DNA of 22,861 nt from Myxococcota bacterium (lineage in GTDB: Bacteria > Myxococcota > UBA4151). The DNA lies in the NCBI GenBank assembly GCA_040260805.1, contig JBDQPD010000053.1, forward strand, positions 1-22,861, given 5' to 3'. How positions within the stretch are numbered: the first letter of the stretch is position 1; each line of letters starts with the position of its first letter. Of this stretch, positions 7,059 through 15,216 are shown in pieces. The notes beneath the pieces were generated by a model. The model had not been told where the DNA came from, made no database searches, and saw only the letters and a program-made list of their open reading frames with translations. Made by a program: the position numbers and the translations under genes.

Positions 7059-9263
7059 ATGCACCGACTGTTGTTGCTCGTGATCAGTGGGACTCTGGCT
7101 TGCGCTCAGGATCCCTCTGAGCCGGCTCAAGATGCTGGACCTTCAGCACCCGCTGCGCCCGCTGACGCAGGCGTTGAGCGCTGCGGAACCGCTGGTTCTG
7201 ACTTTGCTGACGGTTTGATTGAACTGAGCTGGGACGACGGCTCCGTCGGCGAGGCGCCTTACAGCGCAGTCGATCTGAGCTTCATGACCTCACCCTACAA
7301 CGGCGGAACGGAGCTTCCTTCAGCTCATGAACAATGGGAGGCGGTCCGATTTGAGCTTGAGCATCCGGCGACGGTGCATGCGGTGCGCGTGCGGCTGACC
7401 GCTTTGGGTAACCTCCGAGAAGACGACGAGCATGGCATCGGGTTGTATGGCGATTTTGGCTACAACGGCTTTGATTTTGATCAGTGGAACCCGCTGTGGG
7501 AGGGCACTCGCTGCGGCGCCGACATCACGCGTGACGAGTGGGTCACGTTTGCGCTCGATGAACCGCTAAGTGTTCCACATGCCGGACTTATTTTCGCAGC
7601 GAACCATCGCCTTGATGCGCGCAGTCCTCGATTGGTCTTTGCGCAAAACCGTAGCGAGGAATGCGCCAATTGGGAGGATTGCCATTCGGCGTGGAACTTC
7701 CCCCAGCTTGACCCGTCCTTTTACAACGGCCCAAGCTTTCCATTGCCCTACAACTATGCCGTACGCTTGCTCGTAGAATATCATGATGCGCTCCCCGAGC
7801 AGCCGCGTTTTACCTCGGTCGAAGACTTGTCTTTGAGCAATCGCTCGTCCTGGGCGGATTACGATGAAGACGGCTGGGAGGACGTAGCGATCAATGGTCC
7901 CAAATTATACCGTAACGTCGGCTCACGAGGGACGCCGGGCTTTGAAGACGTGACCGAGCAAGCCGGCTTAGCCGAAGCGAGCGGTTCTCCTATTTGGGGT
8001 GATCTGAACAACGACGGCTGTCTGGATCTGGTGGTCTTTGGTGGTCGTGAGCAGATCTTTGAGTCGGATTGTTCGGGTGGGTTTGTCGATGTGACCTCGC
8101 GCAGCGGGGTCGATGATCGTCAAATTGAACTTTCATGCAGCGGCCAACCCAATGAGCATGCCTCGACCATGGCTGCCGCTCTGTACGATTTTGACGGCGA
8201 TGGCTGGCTCGATATCTATCTGGGCAATGGTGAATGCTGGCGGGACAACCGTGGCGAGTATTACGCCGACCGTATCTTCAAGAATCGCGGCGATGGCACC
8301 TTCGCTGATTTCAGCGGAGCACGCGGCTTTCCGACGGCTCGAACCTACAGCCGCGCCATCGCACCTGCTGATTACGACGCAGATGGTCATATGGATTTGT
8401 TGGTCGGTAACTACAGGCTTCAGCGCAACTTCTTGTTCAAGGGGCGCGGGGATTCGGTTCGTGAGGTCGGGCTTAATGCCGGTATCGCCGGTGACAATGT
8501 CCAAGGAGCTTACGGTCATGCGATCGGGGCGGTCTGGACGGACCTCAATGGAGACGAGTTCCTTGATCTGGTGATCGGTAATTTGGCGCATCCTCGATTT
8601 TATCACTTCTCGGATAAGACAAAGGTCTACCTCGGCCAAGCGGACGGCGAGTTCGTTGACGTCTCAGAGCGCGCCGGAATTCGATTCCAGGAGACACACT
8701 CAGTCCCAGCTGCTGGCGATTTTAATCACGACGGTTTTATCGATCTAGCGATCACCGCAGTGTATCCGGGGCGTCCCACGGATTTCTTGTGGGGACGCGG
8801 CGACGGCGTATTTGAAGACGCCATGTACGGCAGCGGCATCGTGACGACGAACGGCTGGGGCGCTTCGGTCGCCGATGCCGACAACGACGGCGACGTCGAC
8901 TTGGCTTTGGATCGTTTGTACCTCAACACTGGTGGCGACGCAGGGCATTGGCTGCAGGTGCGCGCCATCGGCTTGTTGGGTGACCAGGGCGTCAACCGGG
9001 CAGCGCTCGGAGCCCTCGTGCGGGTCGAGGCTGGAGGGCGCTCGTTTTTGCGTCAGGTCTCAGGCGCCAATGGACAAGGTGGTCAAGACGCTTTGACCCT
9101 ACATTATGGTTTGGCTGAGGCTTCCGAAGTCGAGCGCATCACGGTTCGCTTTCCAGGGCTAGAAGAGCAGGTGGTGATCGAAGGTCCGCTCGACGCTGAT
9201 CAACGGGTGTGGGTTTTCGCTGACGGCAGCCACGGACTCGGCTGGACTCAGCCTAACCCCTAA
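7059..9263 (+). CDS. Lipoprotein with FG-GAP/VCBS-type Ca-binding repeats and C-terminal ASPIC/UnbV domain (CRTAC1-like)
   Basis: Lipobox-like MHRLLLLVISGTLAC. Seven DxDxDGxxD-type motifs (DYDEDGWED, DLNNDGCLD, DFDGDGWLD, DYDADGHMD, DLNGDEFLD, DFNHDGFID, DADNDGDVD). C-terminal HWLQV..NRAALGA.V..LHYGL. AGGGAG RBS. Confidence 0.88.
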   Translation: MHRLLLLVISGTLACAQDPSEPAQDAGPSAPAAPADAGVERCGTAGSDFADGLIELSWDDGSVGEAPYSAVDLSFMTSPYNGGTELPSAHEQWEAVRFELEHPATVHAVRVRLTALGNLREDDEHGIGLYGDFGYNGFDFDQWNPLWEGTRCGADITRDEWVTFALDEPLSVPHAGLIFAANHRLDARSPRLVFAQNRSEECANWEDCHSAWNFPQLDPSFYNGPSFPLPYNYAVRLLVEYHDALPEQPRFTSVEDLSLSNRSSWADYDEDGWEDVAINGPKLYRNVGSRGTPGFEDVTEQAGLAEASGSPIWGDLNNDGCLDLVVFGGREQIFESDCSGGFVDVTSRSGVDDRQIELSCSGQPNEHASTMAAALYDFDGDGWLDIYLGNGECWRDNRGEYYADRIFKNRGDGTFADFSGARGFPTARTYSRAIAPADYDADGHMDLLVGNYRLQRNFLFKGRGDSVREVGLNAGIAGDNVQGAYGHAIGAVWTDLNGDEFLDLVIGNLAHPRFYHFSDKTKVYLGQADGEFVDVSERAGIRFQETHSVPAAGDFNHDGFIDLAITAVYPGRPTDFLWGRGDGVFEDAMYGSGIVTTNGWGASVADADNDGDVDLALDRLYLNTGGDAGHWLQVRAIGLLGDQGVNRAALGALVRVEAGGRSFLRQVSGANGQGGQDALTLHYGLAEASEVERITVRFPGLEEQVVIEGPLDADQRVWVFADGSHGLGWTQPNP

Positions 9264-10348
9264 GCCTCCTCGTCGTCGGCGACGAAACCGGGCCAGCGAG
9301 TCATGTAGTCGATGAAGGTCTCGCTGAGCCCCTCTTGCGCTAAGTAGCTTCGGCTCACCGGTCGAGCGATGGGTACGAAGTCCGGATCGCTCAGCACGCG
9401 ATCGGGATAATCATGGTGCACGATGGCGGCGCGCCCGATGGTGACGAAGTCTATATTTGCTTCGAGCACTTCACGCACCTGCGTCGAGGTCTCGATTTTC
9501 CCTGCGACCGTCAGCTGGACTGAGCCCCTGTTCAAGCCTGCGAAATGGTGCATCAGGCTGAGGTGCTGTTGCTCTTTGTCATGAGGCAGCTTGAACGCAT
9601 CCCATAACGAGACATCGAGAAAGTCGATCAAGCCAGAGTCGATCAGCTTTTGGCTCACGTCGAGGCATTCGCTGAGCACCATACCGAAGCGCTCAGGTGA
9701 AAGGCGGATACCGACTAAGAACCCTTTCCCGCATTGCTTGCGGATCCCTTCTAGGATCTCAAACAGGATCCGTGAGCGATTGGTGAGTGAGCCGCCGTAG
9801 TCATCGGTCCGTCGGTTGTAGGTACTGCTGAGAAACTGGCACAGGATGTAGCCATGCGCTCCGTGGACCTCGACACCGTCATACCCAGATTTTTGGGAGC
9901 GCACGGCAGCTTTGATGAAGTCGTCTCGTAGCTGACGTACTTCATCGAGACTCATCGCTCGTGCGCCGGTCTCGTCATCATCAGAAGGGCAGTGGGGTGA
10001 CTCACCGATCAAGGCGTGAGGGGATCGCATGCCCGCATGATGGAGTTGGATCACGGCGAGACTGCCCTCTTGACGAATTGCTTCGGCGAGACGTCGATGC
10101 CCAGGCAGCTGAAGATCCGAGAAGATGCCCAGCTGACCAGGGAAGCCCTGACCGACTGCCTGAACATGGGCAGCGCAGGTCATCGTCAATCCAAAGTTGC
10201 CTTGAGCCCGCATGGTCAACCACCGGAACTCGTCCTCGCTGAGCCGACCGTCCTCGTGGCTCTGGCAGTTGGTCATCGGCGCCAACATGAAGCGGTTTTT
10301 CATCGCAAGACCGCAAGCAAAGCGGATCGATTCTGCTGGATCGGTCAT
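9260..10348 (-). CDS. NADH:flavin oxidoreductase, old yellow enzyme family
   Basis: Motifs KNRFMLAPMT, QLHHAG, DGVEVHGAHGYILCQFLS, NRRTDDYGGSLTNR and IGRAAI. GGAAGGA RBS before ATG 10348. Confidence 0.94.
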   Translation of the reverse strand: MTDPAESIRFACGLAMKNRFMLAPMTNCQSHEDGRLSEDEFRWLTMRAQGNFGLTMTCAAHVQAVGQGFPGQLGIFSDLQLPGHRRLAEAIRQEGSLAVIQLHHAGMRSPHALIGESPHCPSDDDETGARAMSLDEVRQLRDDFIKAAVRSQKSGYDGVEVHGAHGYILCQFLSSTYNRRTDDYGGSLTNRSRILFEILEGIRKQCGKGFLVGIRLSPERFGMVLSECLDVSQKLIDSGLIDFLDVSLWDAFKLPHDKEQQHLSLMHHFAGLNRGSVQLTVAGKIETSTQVREVLEANIDFVTIGRAAIVHHDYPDRVLSDPDFVPIARPVSRSYLAQEGLSETFIDYMTRWPGFVADDEEA

Positions 10349-10393
10349 GAGGGTCCTTCCTGATGAATAGGCCTTAGCTTGACTCGCCAATGG

Positions 10394-10918
10394 TTAGTGT
10401 ACCGCGCGCTCGATGCTGAGCAGACGCCAAGAGTTCACCCCGTGGTTGTGCAAATGAAAAACGACGGGAACACCAGCTGGGAGATCATGGGGTACGGTAA
10501 CGACCGGATTAAAGCTCTCTTCTGGTCCAGGAATTTCGATCTGTTCATCGGCGACAATCCAGTCTCCGATTTGGATCGCGACGTGACCTTGGGCGGGCAG
10601 GGGAGCCCATAGCCATAAATGCCAAAACACGAGCTCGACTTGGTCACCTTCGTTCAGCGGTCTCAAGCTCGGTTGGGCTAAACTGACGTAATTGCAGTCG
10701 TCGGTTTCGACCTCGTAGATGTCCCCTTCAATTTGACGTGCCCACTCAGGGCAGACCACCGCCTCGAGGCGATGACTTGCGAAGGGGTCGTCAGCTTCTG
10801 AGAGCTCCAGCCAGAGTGTGTGGTCGATCAATGAGCCAGGACCGGGATCCGGATCGACGGCGATCTCACCGCTTGGACAGCCGCTGATTAAGCTACCCAA
10901 AATGAACCACCATCTCAT
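10394..10918 (-). CDS. Hypothetical lipoprotein (174 aa) with C-terminal HxHNHG motif
   Basis: Signal/lipobox-like MRWWFILGSLISGC. ATGA overlap with the kinase stop. C-terminal FHLHNHGVNSW. Confidence 0.78.
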   Translation of the reverse strand: MRWWFILGSLISGCPSGEIAVDPDPGPGSLIDHTLWLELSEADDPFASHRLEAVVCPEWARQIEGDIYEVETDDCNYVSLAQPSLRPLNEGDQVELVFWHLWLWAPLPAQGHVAIQIGDWIVADEQIEIPGPEESFNPVVTVPHDLPAGVPVVFHLHNHGVNSWRLLSIERAVH

Positions 10919-12573
10919 GGCTTGAGCTGCGTTCGATGACTGACCGAAGGCCCTCGAAAGGTTTTGAACCTGAGCGACTTAATCGCACGCTGTAGACATC
11001 GGTTCAGCTTGGGTCGAGCGCCGCCTATTTGGACCGAGGTCGGCTTTCCAGAGCTTCGAATGCTCACCTCGATCAAGGCTTGCTTTCCTGCCGTTCCATG
11101 GCGTTTCAAGCAGCCATTGAGGAGGTCTCGATTCGCCTCGATGACCTCAAGGAAGTCAGCGCGTGAGAGCTGGTCATTGCGCTTCAATTTTGGGTGCAAG
11201 TCGATGGGCTGAACTGCCTGAGTTGCAGCCTGCTCAGGCATTCCCTCTTTAGCCTCCATCAACACCACGAACGCGACCCCTGCTAACGCCGCGACCAGCA
11301 ACCACAGCAGCAGCTTGCTTTGACCTGGCGTGGATGGTTCGAACACCGGCGCCTTCGAGTCGGTGCTGCTCACGGACGGTCGGGTTTGAGTCCCGACCAC
11401 ACGCAGCGACACGCGTGTCGGCTGGTCAGCTTCGATGCCTGAAAGCGTCGCCGAGATCTGAGTCGCCTCTTCACTCAAATCTGAGCTCGACTTGAAGCTC
11501 GGCATGAGCACGGTTTCGTCGGGCGCTTCATCCTGCACCTCATGCGCCTTGAGCATAGCCTCCATCGCCGGGTTGTGCGCTTCCACGGCAGGCACCGATT
11601 CAGTGCGTTGGACCGCCTCTTCAGACAGCAAAGGGAGCGGCTTGGGAACGCTGAGGTGACCAGCGATTTGGGCAAGCCAGGCGCGGTAGTCTGCATCCGA
11701 AAATGAACCGCCTAGCTCCGAGAGGCAGACCCGAAGAGCCTGAGCAAACTCGGCGCAGTCATGGAAGCGATCTTCTCGTTCTCGACTCAGACTCCGATCG
11801 ATGGTTCGAATCAGCGATGATGAAAAGTTCTGACCGTAGAGCGCCAGTGATGGAATATCACCAAAGGCGACGCGCTTGAGCGTGCCGACATCAGAGTCTG
11901 AGGCGAACAAGCGCGAGCCGATCAGCAGCTCCCATAAGACCACGCCGAGCGAGAACTGGTCAGAGCGGTGGTCGATGCCCTTCTTTCCCGAAGCCTGCTC
12001 AGGGCTCAGGTAGGCAAGTTTTCCTTTGAGCGTTCCGGTCCGAGTCTCGCCTTCGTTACTCGCTGCCCGGGCGATACCGAAATCAACCAGTTTTGCTGAG
12101 CCGGTCGGCGAGAGCATAATATTTTGCGGGCTGACGTCTCGGTGAACGACGGACAAGGGCTGCCCGTCTTCGCTCTGAAGTTGATGCGCATAGCGAAGCG
12201 CCTCAGCCACTTGAATCCCGAGCTGCAGAATCAGTCGCTCGGGCAAGGTGGTGTCTTGTCCATTGGCGAGCGAGGCGAGCTGTTTGAGGTTGTGTCCCTC
12301 AAGGTACTCCATCACCAAAAAGGGGCGCTCATCATGCTCGCCATAGTCTTCGACACGCACAATATAGGGGTGGTGTAAGAGGGCGGCGAGTCGCGCTTCA
12401 TCAGCGAAAGCTGTGACCAGGTTACTATCTTCAATCAGATGCTTATGAATGGTTTTGACGACCACTCGACGCAAGAAAGAACCCGGCCCTCTTTGCTCGG
12501 CTAGCCACACTTCCGCCATGCCCCCAGAAGCGAGCTTTTTGAGTAGGTGATAGCGCGATGCGATCAGCGTCAT
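10915..12573 (-). CDS. Hanks-type Ser/Thr protein kinase with a transmembrane helix and a small extracytoplasmic C-terminal domain
   Basis: Motifs LASGGMAEVW, VVVK, VMEYLEG, VHRDVSPQNI, KLVDFGIA, GKLAYLSPEQ and SDQFSLG. TM segment LLLWLLVAALAGVAFVVLM. The C-terminal domain has two Cys. Start at ATG 12573 (MTLIASRYHLL). Confidence 0.95.
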   Translation of the reverse strand: MTLIASRYHLLKKLASGGMAEVWLAEQRGPGSFLRRVVVKTIHKHLIEDSNLVTAFADEARLAALLHHPYIVRVEDYGEHDERPFLVMEYLEGHNLKQLASLANGQDTTLPERLILQLGIQVAEALRYAHQLQSEDGQPLSVVHRDVSPQNIMLSPTGSAKLVDFGIARAASNEGETRTGTLKGKLAYLSPEQASGKKGIDHRSDQFSLGVVLWELLIGSRLFASDSDVGTLKRVAFGDIPSLALYGQNFSSSLIRTIDRSLSREREDRFHDCAEFAQALRVCLSELGGSFSDADYRAWLAQIAGHLSVPKPLPLLSEEAVQRTESVPAVEAHNPAMEAMLKAHEVQDEAPDETVLMPSFKSSSDLSEEATQISATLSGIEADQPTRVSLRVVGTQTRPSVSSTDSKAPVFEPSTPGQSKLLLWLLVAALAGVAFVVLMEAKEGMPEQAATQAVQPIDLHPKLKRNDQLSRADFLEVIEANRDLLNGCLKRHGTAGKQALIEVSIRSSGKPTSVQIGGARPKLNRCLQRAIKSLRFKTFRGPSVSHRTQLKP

Positions 12574-12580
12574 GATGGAC

Positions 12581-12609
12581 ACGATAGAGGCGTAATCACG
12601 GGTCCACAA
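12581..12609 (-). promoter_or_regulatory. Putative sigma70-type promoter for the kinase operon (leaderless)
   Basis: On the minus strand: TTGTGG (12609-12604), 17 nt, TATCGT (12586-12581), 7 nt, ATG (12573). No SD. Confidence 0.45.
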
Positions 12610-12688
12610 GATTGCGCTTGGTTGACCGAGGGCCCACCGGACTGGCAGCAGGTTAAGAGGACATCGTGATGAGGGTACAAAGACACCG

Positions 12689-13009
12689 ATGGAACAGCTT
12701 AAACCAAACGAAGTTGACGCACGGATTCAGGCAGGCTGGAAGCCCTTTGTTCTGGACGTGCGTAATGAGACAGAGTCAGCGATCGCTCGCCTAGAAAACA
12801 CCGACATGCTGTGCGCCCATGATGCTCTTGATGGGGTGGTAGACAGCTTGCCTCGAGACCAAGAAATCCTAGTGTACTGTCGCTCGGGAGGTCGGTCTGC
12901 CTTCGCGTGCGCTTGGCTCGAAGCTCAGGGCTTTAAAGCGACCTTCAACCTCGATGGTGGGATCAATGAGTGGGCGCGATCCGTTGATTCTTCGTTGACG
13001 GTTTATTGA
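12689..13009 (+). CDS. Single-domain rhodanese/sulfurtransferase (resembles the C-terminal domain of MoeB/MoeZ)
   Basis: Motifs LDVR, active-site loop VYCRSGGRS, and NLDGGINEW..VDSSL..Y. Confidence 0.92.
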   Translation: MEQLKPNEVDARIQAGWKPFVLDVRNETESAIARLENTDMLCAHDALDGVVDSLPRDQEILVYCRSGGRSAFACAWLEAQGFKATFNLDGGINEWARSVDSSLTVY

Positions 13010-13016
13010 GCTCGGG

Positions 13017-13625
13017 ATGCTGAGTCGCTTTGCGCGCCTAGCGCTGAAGATCCTAGGTTGGCGCTGGGAGGGCGGTCTTCCGCCGGATCAAAAGCTGGTC
13101 TTGATCGTCGCACCGCATACCTCGAACTGGGATTTGCCGGTTGGCATTTTGTTCAAGTGGGCGCTCAAGATAGACTGCAACTATTTGGCGAAACATACGG
13201 TCTTTCGGCCGCCCCTTTCGTGGTTCTTTAATGCGACGGGTGGTATCCCCGTGTTTCGCCACGAGCATCGTAACGTCGTCGGCCAAGTGGCCGACATGTT
13301 CGCTCAGCGTCAGCGGCTCTGGTTAGCCATTGCGCCGGCAGGAACGCGCAGTAAAACCGACCACTGGAAGAGCGGGTTTTACTACATGGCGCTCGAGGCG
13401 AAGGTGCCTTTGCTTCCTATCATTTTAGATTTTGACCGCAAGGTGATGGCCTTTGGCCCCCTCCATCACATGACCGGCCAGGTCAGCCAAGATATGGATC
13501 GAATACGCGCCTTCTTTGATGGATCGATCGGGCATCGAAACGAGCTGTCGACTCCTGTCCGTTTGAGCGTCGAAGATTCCGATTCGAACTTAGCTGCAGA
13601 TGCGGCTTCTATCGAGATGGGGTAA
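13017..13625 (+). CDS. Lysophospholipid/glycerol acyltransferase (PlsC-like)
   Basis: HX4D motif PHTSNWD, GGIPVFR, P[A]GTRS, and WKSGFYYMA..A.VP. Confidence 0.9.
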   Translation: MLSRFARLALKILGWRWEGGLPPDQKLVLIVAPHTSNWDLPVGILFKWALKIDCNYLAKHTVFRPPLSWFFNATGGIPVFRHEHRNVVGQVADMFAQRQRLWLAIAPAGTRSKTDHWKSGFYYMALEAKVPLLPIILDFDRKVMAFGPLHHMTGQVSQDMDRIRAFFDGSIGHRNELSTPVRLSVEDSDSNLAADAASIEMG

Positions 13626-13643
13626 CCCATGCTGGGAGATCGT

Positions 13644-15206
13644 ATGCGCAGCTTAGCCCTTGTCGCGTTGGTGTTCGGTGGCTGTATCGAGTCCCAAGAG
13701 AACAATCCATTTGGTGAAGGCTTATTGCAGGGCGAGCCTGCCTTTCTCCATGGTGGAGAGGCTTGGCCCGTGGTCACCACTGACGACTGGCTTCAGCCTG
13801 AGCCCGACCGTATCTTTTATGTCGCTCAAGGCGGCGATGATTCAGCCTTCGGTGGCAGCGATGAACCCTGGGCAGACCTGCAAACGAGTTTATGCAAGCT
13901 GCGCGCCGGTGATCGTTTAGTGGTCCGGTCCGGGTCCTACCAGGGGCCCTTCTTCATCGACGACGACTGTCCTAACGTGAATCCGGGACGGTTTATTGAG
14001 GTTGTGGGTGAGCCCGGGGCGAAGATTGTCGGAGGACCAAGCCCCTCCGCCAGGGGTTTTTGGAAGCCTGTTTTGACGATTAATCGTGCGGGTTGGACGG
14101 TCCGTGGTTTCCAAATCGACGGTTCGCCCTCGGCAGGGGTACCCGTCCAGGTTCTCGCAGGCGGCCAGCGCACTAGTTTACGCGACTTGGTGTTGATCGG
14201 CGCAGGCTCGGCAGGGCTGACGATCGGTCCTTTGGCGACCGAGGTCAGCGCTCGTAACCTGGTGATCAGAAATGGCGTGGGGACCGACACTGGCGTCAGT
14301 CATGGGGTCGTGATCCTGGGCGGATGTCGGCAGGTTAACCTGACGGCTAACTTTATCCACCACAACAGCGGTGACGGGATCCACATTTTAGGGGGGCATA
14401 TCGTCCCCTCGGAGTTGGGTATTGTGCAGGGTATGTCAGCGGCTGAAGGCTTGGTGATCGAGGGTAATAAAATCCACGCGAATCAGGGCCACGGGGTCGT
14501 GGTGGGTCACAGCGTCGGGACTCACGTCAAAGCCAACACGATCTGGAATGTGCGACCGTCTACCGTCGGAGAGGGTATCGCGATTGAGGTTCACGATGGT
14601 GCCCAGGATGCTGCGATTGAACGCAACTTGGTCGTCGAAGCGACCGAAGGAGTCTCGATCGGTGCTGGAGAGCGCCCCGAGGCGCTAGCCGAAGGCGCTC
14701 GCGCGCCGCAGAGTATCTTGGTCGAGCGAAACATGATCTCGAACCCGCTGAGCCCGAGTCGTCATGGGATCTCTGTAGATACTGCCGTGAGCGTTCGAAT
14801 CTATCACAACGCAGTGCATCGGAGCCGCAGGGCGCTGATGATCAGCGACCTGCCTCCAAAAACACAGTCCTTGCGGGTCTTGAACAACCTGTTTTTAGAG
14901 GCTGTTGAGCTCGGCTTTCGAACCAGCGGGATGGCTGTCTTTGACCGCTTTGAGTTCAATGCGTTCGGCTTGGGTGGAAGCGCTGTTCAGTCCGAGGTTG
15001 GAGAGGCTCGTCAAAGCATCACGAGCCAAGTCGAGGCGGGAACGATCAGTGAGACCTTTGTGGTAGGCGCTGCGAGCTTTACCGACGATAACTTAGACCA
15101 GCCAAACGGTGTTCAGGTGGTCGATAAGGGGACCTCAATTCCAGGTTTTGGCTTTGAGGGCACGGCGCCCGATTTAGGTCCGGTGGAACACGTCGCCGCC
15201 AATTGA
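13644..15206 (+). CDS. Right-handed parallel beta-helix (pectin lyase-like fold) lipoprotein
   Basis: GGGAG RBS before ATG 13644 and lipobox-like LVFGGC. N-terminal FYVAQGGDD..G...PW...L.AGD.L.V..G.Y. Repeated N-x-I..N..GI turns. C-terminal G.APDLG..E. Confidence 0.85.
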   Translation: MRSLALVALVFGGCIESQENNPFGEGLLQGEPAFLHGGEAWPVVTTDDWLQPEPDRIFYVAQGGDDSAFGGSDEPWADLQTSLCKLRAGDRLVVRSGSYQGPFFIDDDCPNVNPGRFIEVVGEPGAKIVGGPSPSARGFWKPVLTINRAGWTVRGFQIDGSPSAGVPVQVLAGGQRTSLRDLVLIGAGSAGLTIGPLATEVSARNLVIRNGVGTDTGVSHGVVILGGCRQVNLTANFIHHNSGDGIHILGGHIVPSELGIVQGMSAAEGLVIEGNKIHANQGHGVVVGHSVGTHVKANTIWNVRPSTVGEGIAIEVHDGAQDAAIERNLVVEATEGVSIGAGERPEALAEGARAPQSILVERNMISNPLSPSRHGISVDTAVSVRIYHNAVHRSRRALMISDLPPKTQSLRVLNNLFLEAVELGFRTSGMAVFDRFEFNAFGLGGSAVQSEVGEARQSITSQVEAGTISETFVVGAASFTDDNLDQPNGVQVVDKGTSIPGFGFEGTAPDLGPVEHVAAN

Positions 15207-15216
15207 GCGAAACGCT

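Noticed and set aside
12643..12688. Possible sigma54 site (TGGCA...) or leaderless promoter (TTAAGA-17-TACAAA-7-ATG) for rhodanese
   Set aside because: No GC at -12 for sigma54, and the -10 lacks the conserved final T. Too weak to report.
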